Below are positions 8,300 to 18,589 of a DNA stretch of 21,534 nucleotides, one piece after another. Below the pieces are notes generated by a model. That model was not told where the DNA came from and searched no databases. It saw nothing but the letters and a program-made list of their open reading frames with translations. Both the position numbers and the translations under genes were made by a program. Source of the stretch: Octopus sinensis (lineage: Eukaryota); contig NW_021823713.1 of assembly GCF_006345805.1 (NCBI RefSeq), positions 1 through 21,534 on the forward strand, given 5' to 3'. Position 1 is the first letter of the stretch; each line of letters starts with the position of its first letter.

Positions 8300-10182
8300 T
8301 ATAAGCGACAAGAGTTTGCGTATAAACTCAGATTATAACAGCGAACATGTGGTTAGACATTTAATGGAAGGTCTTTTGCTCGGCAGTGGTTCGATATAGA
8401 TGGAGACTGACCACAGCTGTTATCCTAAGACAATATCAGCAGATATAGAGTAAAGAGGAGGAAGTTGACCTGTGAAGAAAACAGGATAGTGGTGCAATGA
8501 TACTGAGAAAGTGAACCTAAAAGAAGAGGTTATGGAAAACGGATGCAGAGAAGGGCATGTTTAAAGTGACTGAGCAGAGTTACTACTAGATCACGCTAAT
8601 GCTATTAGGAGAATAAAGTGGATGACTGAATTGGAATTGGGAGAGATCACAAGAGAACTTGAAAAGAAAGACCAGATTGTCTGTAGAATAAAACGGCAAC
8701 ATAAGAGATTCAGTTCAAACTGAAGAACCTAAAGGTAAAAAATAATACTAACACCATCAATAAGAAAGGGACAACTGGCACCAATAATTTAAGTGATTTA
8801 AGTGAGGAAGATCAGAAGATTTTAGATGAGTTGCAGGAAGTAATGAGTACAGAAGTAAGATAAAGATTGCCAGCTTTAAAAGGCACCAACAGAAGGAAGT
8901 TGCTAGAAATGACTAGGAAAGTAGATTCTATTATCAGTAGGATAGATACTGAAAATATAGGTGACACTAACTTATTGATCTATGCAGGAGGAGAAGCAGT
9001 GACTAGAAGATTAGATATTTCACAAGGAAAGGTTTGGAAAGAGCAAATGTGGAAAAAGGGACTATAAATAAAATGAAGACTTTAATAGAAGATCTGAATA
9101 GAAACAAGGCTGGAAACTGAACAAGTTAGGAAACACAAGAAGATCTAAATCTTCACTTGAGAAAAGATACTTAATCAAAGAGAAAGAATTTGGAACAGCC
9201 GTTGAAGAGTTGAAACAGCATATCAGCAGTTACAAGTAAGCTTTCCAGATATCAGAAAATAATAGCTCTGTATCAACAGAAGAGATTATTTGAGACTGAG
9301 ATTTTATAAGCAAATAAATAGTGGAGATAAAAGTACTGAAGATGAGAAACCTACTGCAAAAGAAGCTAAAAAGTTCTAATGTAATATTTGGGATAAGCCA
9401 GTCACCCATAATGGTGATGCGATATGGTTAATGAAAGTGAGGGAAGAGGTAGTGAGTGAGAAGCTGCCTGATGTAAGACTAACTAATACATTAATAAGTA
9501 AAGTGTTAGGAAAAATGCCAAAATGGCAGGCCCCAGGACCAGATTTAGATCGAGGGTACTAGTTAAAGAAATTTTGTAGTCTACATGGGTGGCACAAGGA
9601 ACATCTTCAGGATTGCCTTAATGAAGGAATAATACCAGATTGTATGAGTCCCTACAATATTCCCTATGAAAGACAAAATTAAGGGTAATATAACTAGCAA
9701 TTATAGACTAATCACTTGCTTACCATTAGTGTGGAAGCTGTTAACAGGGATACTTTCAGAAAGCATTTATGAGCACCTGGACAGAATGAGCAAGTATAAA
9801 GATCTTGAAATAGAAATTAGCAAAATGTGGAACCTGAAGACTAAAACAATACTTGGAATGGTAGCAAAAGGGGCTGATTGCTACCTAGCTCAGATACTAA
9901 GAAACGCCAAAATGGCTGAAATTCAAAAGATAGTGCTCATAGGAACTGCTCATATCCTACGCAATATACTTTCTATGTAATCTCAAGTTTTAAAACAAAC
10001 ATAATTTTCTTATGGTTTCTTAAACATTCTTTAGAATAACATTATGTACAAAACCAAATATATAATGGCACCCTAAGCATAACACCAACATGAACTTCTA
10101 TCATGTTGTCTCTTGAGGTCCTTGGGTGAGACTTGGAGCCAATTTGTACAAATACAGAGCAAAAGTCAAACATAAAATAATA

Positions 10183-10220
<38 letters not shown>

Positions 10221-10254
10221 CTAGTAATACTACTACTAATAATAATAATAATAA
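8300..10254 (+). mobile_element. Decayed, internally deleted Dong/R4-clade (RLE-type) LINE
   Basis: Interrupted frames: RRKLTCEENRIVVQ*Y, SEPKRRGYGKRM, LLDHANAIRRIKWMTELEL, LPALKG, TNLLIYAG, KMPKWQAPGPD, NYRLITCLPLVWKLLTGI, KYKDLEIEISKMW, GTAHILR. A 3'UTR follows, then a (TAG)n(TAA)n tail at 10176-10254. The RT core is absent and there are many stops. The 5' boundary is approximate. Confidence 0.82.
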
Positions 10255-10401
10255 ATTTGTCATAGTACCAACATGACCATATTGGCTACAAGCAGCCTTC
10301 AACTTGAACCCAAATCTGTAACTTGACAAGACTTCTCCCATTGGGCCAAAATAACATTTAAGTGAAATGACGGTGGTGGCAGTGGTAATATTGCTGCTGA
10401 C

Positions 10402-10486
10402 ATGATAATGATGATAATGATGATAATGATGATGATGATGATGATGATGGTGATGATGACGGTGACGATGATAATGATGATGATGA
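10402..10486. repeat. (GAT)n microsatellite
   Basis: Direct inspection. Confidence 0.9.
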
Positions 10487-10567
10487 CTTTTCCGAAATTT
10501 AGTTCATAGTGCTAGCCGTCTTTGAGAGGAGTAGGTTTAACAATGCCATTCCCCCCTCACCCCCACG

Positions 10568-10622
10568 CAGTACCTTAAATTGATATTATCGGTCTCGAAA
10601 GAATGGAAAGTTTAAAACTCCA
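10568..10622 (-). mobile_element. Old degenerate fragment of the same SINE core domain
   Basis: AGTACCTTAAATTGATATTATCGGTCTCGAAAGAATGGAAAG loosely aligns to GGTACTTAATTTATCGACCCCGAAAGGATGAAAGG in the copies at 13005-13030 and 13188-13225. Confidence 0.4.
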
Positions 10623-10784
10623 CAAGGTCACACACAAATTATGTGGGTGGTAGAATCGATTAAAATGATATTTGCACTTGATTGATCCAACCGAACAGAG
10701 AGAAAGGAGAAAAGTACAATCCACGGAAAGAATTTGATGAGTTCGTAGATATTTATAGAGAGACCAAATCGCAGAGGGAGAAAG

Positions 10785-10811
10785 AGTGAGAGAGAGAGAG
10801 AGGGAGAGTGA

Positions 10812-10856
<45 letters not shown>

Positions 10857-10964
10857 TTAGAAATATGGACAGGTGATCAGATGCATCCAACTATGTAGCA
10901 CGTTTGAAAAAAATTTAATGAATAGGATAGGATACAATGTAATAGATAAGTAAATGGATGGATG

Positions 10965-11037
<73 letters not shown>

Positions 11038-11159
11038 GTAGACAGATAGGTAGACAGATAGACAGGTAGGTAGATAGATAGACAGGTAGGTAGGTATGTT
11101 GGTAGATAAATAGATAGATAGGTAGATGATAGACAGGTAGATAAATAGATAGATAGATG

Positions 11160-11221
<62 letters not shown>

Positions 11222-11286
11222 ATAATTGTATAGTTAGTGTGATTGATTAATTGATATAGATAGACAGAGAAAGTGTGTGTGTGTGT

Positions 11287-11319
<33 letters not shown>

Positions 11320-11405
11320 TTCAATGGACAGATAATTCTATAAGGTAGGTAGGTTAGGGTGGTAGGCAGGTAGGTAGGTAGATAGGTAGGTAAGTAGGTA
11401 GGTAT
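10785..11405. repeat. (GA)n, (GATA)n/(GACA)n and (TAGG)n microsatellite block
   Basis: GA run about 10785-10851; GATA array about 10965-11222; TAGG about 11343-11403. Confidence 0.9.
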
Positions 11406-11935
11406 AGTCAGAAATAGACGATTGGGCATGTAAAGTAGATAGCAGATAGCTTAATAAATGTATTGCTAAACGTATCGATTGACTTGACTGATTCTTTTAT
11501 TGATTGATATCTGGTAGGCATATATAATAATGCAGCAGAGTGTATGAGTGGACGAGGTGAAGGTCATTTTTCTATCTCAAATAAACAGACAGTGGATTTG
11601 TTACACTTGAAATGATCAAATACCAACAGGTGTTATGATTGCTTAGTTCAGCACAGTGCACTACATTTAAAATTTTGTGTGAAAGTGAGTGGCGTGTAAG
11701 AATGTATCAGGGGGTGGTGGTGGTAAAACTTTGCTTTTACTAACAATACACCAACTGTCAGTTAGTTAGATACGGCTACATAAATGACTATATTATGGTA
11801 GCTAGCTTCTCACAGCTTGATTTTTTAGTCTCTCAGGATGCTGTTGCTGCTACTGCTACTGCTGCTACTACTACTGTTGTTGTTAGTGGTGTTGTTGTTG
11901 GTGGTGGTGTTGGTGTTGGGGGTATTTTTGTTACC

Positions 11936-12532
11936 GAAGGCGGCGATCTGGCAGAATCGTTAGCACACCGGGTGAAATGCGTAACCGTATTTCGTCTGCC
12001 TCTACGTTCTGAGTTCAAATTCCGCCGAGGTCGACTTTGCCTTTCATCCTTTCGGGGGTCGATAAATTAAGTACCAGTTACGCCCTGGGGTCGATGTAAT
12101 CGACTTAATACCTATGTCTGTCCTTGTTTGTTCCCTCTGTGTTTAGCCCCTTGTGGGTAATAAAGAAATAGGTATTTTGTCTGCCGTTACGTTCTGAGTT
12201 CAAATTCCGCCGAGTTCGTCTTTGCCTTTCATCCATTCGGGGTCGATAAATTAAGTACCAGTTACGCCCTGGGATCGATGTAATCGACTTAATCCGTTCG
12301 TCTGTCCTTGTTTGTCCCCTCTGTGTTAAGCCCATTGTGGGTAGTAAAGAAATAGGTATTTCGTCTGCTGTTACGTTCAAATTCCGCCGAGGTCGACTTT
12401 GCCTTTCATCCTTTCGGGGGTCGATAAATTAACTACCAGTTACGCCCTGGGGTCGATGTAATCGACTTAATCCGTTTGTCTGTCCTTGTTTGTCATCTCT
12501 GTGTTTAGCCCCTTGTGGGTAGTAAAGAAATA
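11936..12532 (+). mobile_element. tRNA-derived SINE (Nin-like core), head-to-tail trimer flanked by a 15-bp TSD
   Basis: A-box TGGCAGAATCG 11949-11959; B-box GAGTTCAAATTCC 12011-12023; core GCCTTTCATCCTTTCGGGGTCGATAAATTAAGTACCAG. Units restart at GTATTT at 11987, 12172 and 12356. TSD GGTATTTTTGTTACC (11921-11935) / GGTATTTTTGCTACC (12533-12547). Confidence 0.88.
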
Positions 12533-12707
12533 GGTATTTTTGCTACCATTTTATCGTTTATGTTGTCATTCATAATACGGTCTCTGCTGTTGTTGTTCTT
12601 GTTGTAGTTGTTTGCATGTGGCTGCTTAGCCATTCACAGGTAGGTAGGTTTTGACAGAGCAAACTTTTACCACTATCATTATCATCGACATTAGCAGTAT
12701 TAAACCA

Positions 12708-12916
12708 GCGAGTTGGCAGAATCGTTAGCACGCCGGAAAAAATACTCAGCGGCATTTAATCCTTTTCCATACCCTTGAGTTCAAATTCCACCGAGGTCGG
12801 CTTTGCCCTTCATCCTTACAGCGTCAATGAAATAAATACCTGTTAAGCACTGGGGTCGATGTAATCGGCGTACTCCCTCTCCCCTAATCTCAGGACTTGT
12901 TCCTATAGTAGAAAGG
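12708..12916 (+). mobile_element. SINE monomer, same head and core with an alternative tail (tail B), more diverged
   Basis: GCGAGTTGGCAGAATCGTTAGCACGCC...GAGTTCAAATTCCACCGAGGTCGGCTTTGCC...CCCCTAATCTCAGGACTTGTTCCTATAGTAGAAAG. Confidence 0.82.
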
Positions 12917-12926
12917 GACATTAATA

Positions 12927-13283
12927 TACTTTTCTATTCTAGGCACAAGGCCCGAAATTTTAGGGGATGGGATCTGTCAATTAGATCGACTCCAGTACAC
13001 AACTGGTACTTAATTTATCGACCCCGAAAGGATGAAGGGCAAAGTCGACCTCGGCGGAATTTGAACTCAGAATGTAAAGACAGACAAAATACCTATTTCT
13101 TTACTACCCACAAGGGGATAAACACAGAGAGGACAAACACGGACAGACAAACGGATTAAGTCGATTATATCGACCCCAGTGCGTAACTGGTACTTAATTT
13201 ATCGACACCGAAAGGATGAAAGGCAAAGTCGACCTCGGCGGAATTTGAACTCAGAACGTAGCGGCAGACGAAATAACGCTAAG
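12927..13283 (-). mobile_element. SINE dimer: 5'-truncated unit with tail A joined to a unit with tail B
   Basis: Two copies of CCTCGGCGGAATTTGAACTCAG. The junction AAAGAAATAG-GTATTT near 13093 matches the trimer junctions. Confidence 0.85.
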
Positions 13284-13352
13284 TAATCGACTTAATCCCT
13301 TTGTCTGTCCTTGTTTGTCCTCTCTATGTTTAGCCCCAATAAAGAAATAAAT
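13284..13352 (+). mobile_element. SINE tail-A fragment abutting the inverted dimer
   Basis: TAATCGACTTAATCCCTTTGTCTGTCCTTGTTTGTCC...AATAAAGAAATA. Confidence 0.8.
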
Positions 13353-13363
13353 ATGATATGATA

Positions 13364-13403
<40 letters not shown>

Positions 13404-13469
13404 CGCGTGCGTGTGTATATGTGTACGCGCGCTAGTAATAGTTTCATACGCTGAAAGCGTACGAAACAA

Positions 13470-13550
13470 TATTTTTAAACACGTCTGGTTTCCTAGCACA
13501 GTCATCAGACCTAATGATTGTGCTAGGACACGAGACGTGTTAAAAAAATA
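13470..13550 (+). ncRNA. Long hairpin with pre-miRNA-like geometry inside a 141-bp decayed palindrome (13440-13580)
   Basis: About 36-position stem with 3 mismatches, 1 G-U pair, 1 bulge and an 8-nt loop (CAGACCTA). Outer AGTTTCAT/ATGAAACT lie on the same symmetry axis. Expression unknown. Confidence 0.4.
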
Positions 13551-13689
13551 CTCTCTGCCATGCTCGCAGTACATGAAACTCATAGAGGCACCAAAAACAT
13601 ATACTGTGTTTTATTATATATATATATATATATAGTATATATATATATATATTAGATATATATATATATATATTGTTGTTATGTATTAT

Positions 13690-14135
13690 ATATTGTTAGC
13701 CACCCTCACTGCTTCGGTGAGCGAGAGTTCAGTAGAACACAACTGTGCTTAGTTCGATGTCGTGTCGTGTCGTCTCATATAGGAATTTGAATCTATCCGG
13801 GATTTGCAGATCCTGTTGGAGACGTAGCATTGATGGCATCCATCTTATGAATACAGATCGGAGCTGACTTTACGCTGGGATCTTTCTCCTTCAGTTTGTC
13901 GACCCTGGTTGCCTTCCTCTAAACCTTAGATATTGATTGGTAGCTGGGATTCTTAGTTGGTTTTGATTCGTATGTCTTTGGTTCATCTCACAGATTTTCA
14001 AGCAGGTTCTTTTAACGGAATTGTGGCCGGCCTTGGTACTCTGCACGAAAGCTAAGTTCCACAGTTTTTCTGTGCGCATTTCACAAAAATAATAGTTCCC
14101 TTATGCAGATTGGTACATTTGGGATGCTTAGAAAA
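13690..14135 (-). mobile_element. Decayed 3' fragment of an RTE/BovB-like LINE
   Basis: Interrupted minus frames resembling the RTE C-terminus: ELLF.EM, GRPQFR, LKICEMN, and a remnant zinc finger NRICKSRIDSNSYMRRH (RTE-type C..C.R.C.SRIGL.SH.R.H), followed by a short 3'UTR hairpin CTCAC...GTGAG and a TA-rich tail. Confidence 0.6.
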
Positions 14136-14140
14136 AAATC

Positions 14141-14191
<51 letters not shown>

Positions 14192-14214
14192 CAGCAGCAG
14201 GGTAGGAGTAGTAG

Positions 14215-14248
<34 letters not shown>

Positions 14249-14325
14249 AATAATAATAATAGTAATAATAATAATAAGAAGAAGAAGAAGAAGAAACGAA
14301 GGAAGAGGAAGGAGAGGAAGAAGAT
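14141..14325. repeat. Compound trinucleotide microsatellite (TAG)n(CAG)n(TAA)n(GAA)n
   Basis: Direct inspection. This block explains the poly-S/poly-I/poly-L ORFs. Confidence 0.93.
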
Positions 14326-14976
14326 GATCTCTTTTAATTGCCATCAGGGCGATGGATGTGGGGAGTGACAATACAAAAGACAGACTTGGAATTGTTTTAA
14401 ATAGGAGGCATTTACTGCTTCTTGTTGGTTGTTGTCATGTCTTCAGCGGTTATCTGATAGGTCGAGAGGCGTTGTTGCGTCAATAACTTTCTACGACAGG
14501 CTCCAAATCGGCAATTATTCAATGGTTCTAATGTTTAGATGCTGGATATAAAGTTAATCGATGGACCGCTCCTTTCAGCTGACTTGCAATCCGACATATT
14601 TCATTAATTGGCTCTTACCGGCTGATGTGCGGCGGCTCAGTCGGATCAGGCTATTTTGCTTAGTAATCTTCCTCCCTCTCAATCATTCATTAATTCATTC
14701 GTTCATTCCTTTCCTTTCCTTTTTTCTTTCCTCTTCTTTCTTACTTTTATTTTTATTTCTATCATGCTTTAATTCTTTTTTTTTTTTTACTTTCATAGTG
14801 TTCTTGATCTCTGACAGGAATATCTATCTGTCTGTCCGTCTAAATATCGAGTATATCTGTCAGTCTATCTAAACACATGAGCACACACACTTTTCTCGAT
14901 ATCTCAGTCTATGTATCGATGTTATCAATATGTGTGTATGTGCGCGTGTTTGTATTGTGCTGTTAATGAGTGTGAA

Positions 14977-15073
<97 letters not shown>

Positions 15074-15400
15074 GTCTATTTCTCTATATATATAAACGCG
15101 TTAAGTATTTTATATAAACCTATACAATATATATCTATATACATCTACTTTTCCGTTATAATATATATATATATGTGTGTGTGTGTTGTGTGGTGCGCGG
15201 TGGTGTATATGTGGATATGTATGTGGTGTGTGTGTGTTTGTGTGTGTACGTGCACACGCGCGGGTGAGTGTGTATTGATATTATGTGCATGTATATATTT
15301 ATATATATACATGTGTGTGTGTATATATATATATATATTTATATATACATACATATTTATATATGTATGTATGTATGTATATATATATATATATCTATAT

Positions 15401-15473
<73 letters not shown>

Positions 15474-15535
15474 AAGATAAACAGACAGACAGACAGATAG
15501 ATAAATATACATACACATACGTATGTATATACATA
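14977..15535. repeat. (TATC)n, (TG)/(TA) and (GATA)/(GACA)n microsatellite block
   Basis: Direct inspection. Confidence 0.9.
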
Positions 15536-16089
15536 TATATTTTTGCGTTGGATGGTGTATTAATTTAAAATTTATATCTAATACATCTGGTCCGTTATGT
15601 AATACATATATAAATGGTTATAAACGTGTTCTCATCCAGTTACATAAGTCACAGGCGTATTGTATAGCCACAGGAAAAATGTCGCCAACAATTTCTATTT
15701 ACCAGATTCTCGCCACATCCAAGCAAGCCTCTTCCGTTCACACACACATACACAGATACGCACGCACGCACGTACACTCAAACACGCACACGTACGCATA
15801 CCAACGCGGATATACGCTTAACAGACTCTCAGTCGCCCGGACGTGCTCATAGAGAAATTATGTTAATTTGCGCGAGTTAGTTACTCCTAGAATCATACGG
15901 AATATCAATATTAGTAGAATAAAGTGCCATCAACATCAATATCAGCATAAGAAGGACCAATATACCAATTATACACATAAACGCGTATATATATGACTAT
16001 ATGTGTGTATGTGTGGGTATGTGTATGTGTCTGCGTGTGTGTATGAATATATATGGCATATGAAAGATGGAAGATGAAATATACGAGAA

Positions 16090-16150
16090 TTTATTATTAA
16101 TCACAACAATTGTTTCGACACATCTAGCATCGATTCCTCATGGGTGGGAC
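16090..16150 (-). mobile_element. Second Penelope-like pLTR remnant with degenerate hammerhead-like motif
   Basis: Minus strand CCCATGAGGAATCGATGCTAGATGTGTCGAAACAATTGTTGTGATTAATAATAAA shares GTCGAAACAATTGTTG and a downstream AATAAA with 1067-1096. Confidence 0.35.
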
Positions 16151-16488
16151 ACTCAACATCTGGTTCAGGAGCATCCGGTGGTGCAGAAGTATCTCATCGG
16201 GTGATAAATACACCTGTATGTATATATGTATGTATATACAATATATATGTATGTTTCTATCTATCCGCTCAGTCGAAGTCGACTCTACGGAACCAGCATA
16301 ATGCGGCGTGAGTAAACCAGTATAAGCTGTCTGGCCCCGCTGCTGATATCGGGGTTTGCGTTCTACGCCTTGACCCGAGCATAGAACGAGGCTCGCCTCT
16401 TTGAGCTGGGAAATGAATAGAATGCCTGGTACGTATCTTGTGGCTATCCCCTCCTAGAATGGGGAATAGGCCTGGATATAATATATAT

Positions 16489-16768
16489 ATCACCGTGATC
16501 ACCGTGACCGACCAGGCTATCAGATGTTGCTACACATCGCTGGTCACAATGCACTTCGCATTGTTTTAGCCTTCAAATGACGCCAGACCGCTGGTTAAGC
16601 GAGCAGGCCGACAGAAGAAAGAGTGAGAGAAAGTTGTGGCGAAAGAGAACAGCAGGGTTCGCCACCGGAGCCTCGTGGAACTTCAGGTGTTTTCGCTCAA
16701 TAGACACTCACAAGCGAAACCGCGATCCTACGACCGGGAGTCCGCTGCCCTAACCACTGGGCCATTGC
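16489..16768 (-). mobile_element. tRNA-derived SINE of a second family, with internal deletions
   Basis: Minus strand starts GCAATGGCCCAGTGGTTAGGGCAGCGGACT (A-box TGGCCCAGTGG); the B-box is truncated at GGTTTCG. Tail hairpin CAATGC-GAAGT-GCATTG; terminal repeat (CACGGTGAT)2. Confidence 0.78.
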
Positions 16769-16916
16769 TCGAGATGGGAGTAGATAGACAGTCAACAATT
16801 AATGAAGGGTCATTTCTTGCATTACTTGTCCCTTTTTCTCTCTCTCGATATTTGCGTATTTAACTTGTTTTCGTAATTGATGTTTACTGTTGGTGATGCC
16901 CTGTACCCATATATTC

Positions 16917-16948
<32 letters not shown>

Positions 16949-16960
16949 ATGTGTGCAGAC

Positions 16961-17056
16961 ATAAGATTGTGGGTTCATTTCTTGGACCGTGTGATGCATC
17001 GTACTCTTGAGCAAACGTTTCATTTCAGGTTGCTTCAGACCACTCAACTGGAAAAG
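16961..17056 (+). mobile_element. Degenerate SINE fragment (third family)
   Basis: B-box-like GGGTTCATTTCTTGG followed by TCTTGAGCAAACGTTTCATTTCA, resembling the GTGTCCTTGAGCAAGACACTT segment common in metazoan SINEs. Confidence 0.5.
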
Positions 17057-17158
17057 ATATGCATATATTTATACGTATGTGCATATATACAAATTTACAA
17101 ATATAAGCATACATACATCTATGTCTGAGAGGGAGAGAGAGAGAGAGAGAGAGAGACA

Positions 17159-17195
<37 letters not shown>

Positions 17196-17635
17196 TGCAT
17201 GTGTACACTTACCCAAAAATCACCGTCAATTACATGGTTTTACACAGGGGGGGATTCAGAACTAATTAATCGATCATTATTTTATAAAAAAAAAAAAAAA
17301 GATGTTTTGTATCTTTGAATTTCAAGTTTAGAGAGAACACGGGGGAAGAAACTTGCATAAACGAAAAGGATACAAATTAAAAGTTATCAGTTATAATCAA
17401 TGAGAAATTTTATTTATTTATTTATTCATTTAATTATTTATTTATTTATTTATTTATAGATCTTTGGCTCTGCGTCTCAATTTTCGTGTGTTCTATTTAT
17501 TTTTTTTTTATTTCTTTGCTTAACAATACGAGAGAGAGGTTCTTGGAAAATTCGGTTTTATTTATAGTTCGAAGATGTATGTACCTGCAATACATACATA
17601 CATACTTACGTGTGAATACATATTAACATGCGCTA

Positions 17636-18262
17636 GCAAATATATATATGTGATATTACGTACAGACACAGATACTTATATATACACACAGACACAGACA
17701 CACACGCACACACACACAAACGCGCACATGCAACATACATAAATAGATATACATGAAATAAATGTACATAGACAAACATGAAATATATAGCAAATATATG
17801 TGATATCACGTAGAGACACAGATACTTATGTATGCACACATACACACACACGCACACGCACACACACACACACACATAAACACACATACATAATACATAT
17901 ACAAGAAATATATGTATATAGACAAACATGAAATATATAACAAATATATGTGATATCACGTAGAGACACAGATACTTATATATGCACACACACACACACA
18001 CACACGCACACACACAGACACACATAAACACACATACATAAATACATATACAAGAAATCTATGTATATAGACAAACATGAAATATATAACAAATATATGT
18101 GATATCACGTAGAGACACAGATACTTATATATGCACACACACACATACACACACACATACACACACACACACACAAACGCGCACACACACAAACGCGCAC
18201 CCACAACACACATAAATACATATACATGAAATATTTGTATATAGACAAACATGAAATATATA
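17636..18262. repeat. Minisatellite of 4 units (150, 150, 149 bp and a longer incomplete unit) built around (CA)n tracts
   Basis: Anchor TGTGATATYACGTASAGACACAGATACTTAT starts at 17649, 17799, 17949 and 18098. Confidence 0.9.
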
Positions 18263-18589
18263 CATGTATAGAAATAGAGATAGGTAGATTGCTAAATAGG
18301 TAGGTAAACACACACATATATGTGTGTGTATGTGTGTGTGTGTGTGTTTACAAAGCTACATTTGCGCACACGAACACACACGCGTATTCGTAGTTACATA
18401 TATATATATTTAATATTTAAGTATATATATATATACAAAATGCTTACGAGTATAATGATTTCCTTAATTGGGTCTTCATGCATATTCTCCATTCTCCGTA
18501 CGACGACGGCCAAGCGGTGCATTGCACCTCTTCCTCTTAATTGACTTTTCAATATTTAATGAATAAACCGATATGGAAATAATTGCCAA

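Noticed and set aside
11942-12030. tRNA gene
   Set aside because: A and B boxes are present but there is no anticodon arm or cloverleaf, and the sequence continues into the SINE core. It is a SINE head.
12597-12634. Possible 32-nt plus-strand exon (TAG|...CAG|GTAGGT)
   Set aside because: Not a multiple of three, the acceptor lies in a GTT repeat, and there is no other support.
14619-14670. Minus-strand donor CCG|GTAAGA with peptide RKITKQNSLIRLSRRTSA
   Set aside because: No polypyrimidine acceptor, a stop lies immediately upstream, and several such donors are expected by chance.
14081-15534. Long ORFs with poly-L/I/S and YLSI/CV repeats
   Set aside because: Microsatellite translations. The same applies to the ORFs at 17633-19343, 19848-20275 and 21010-21414.
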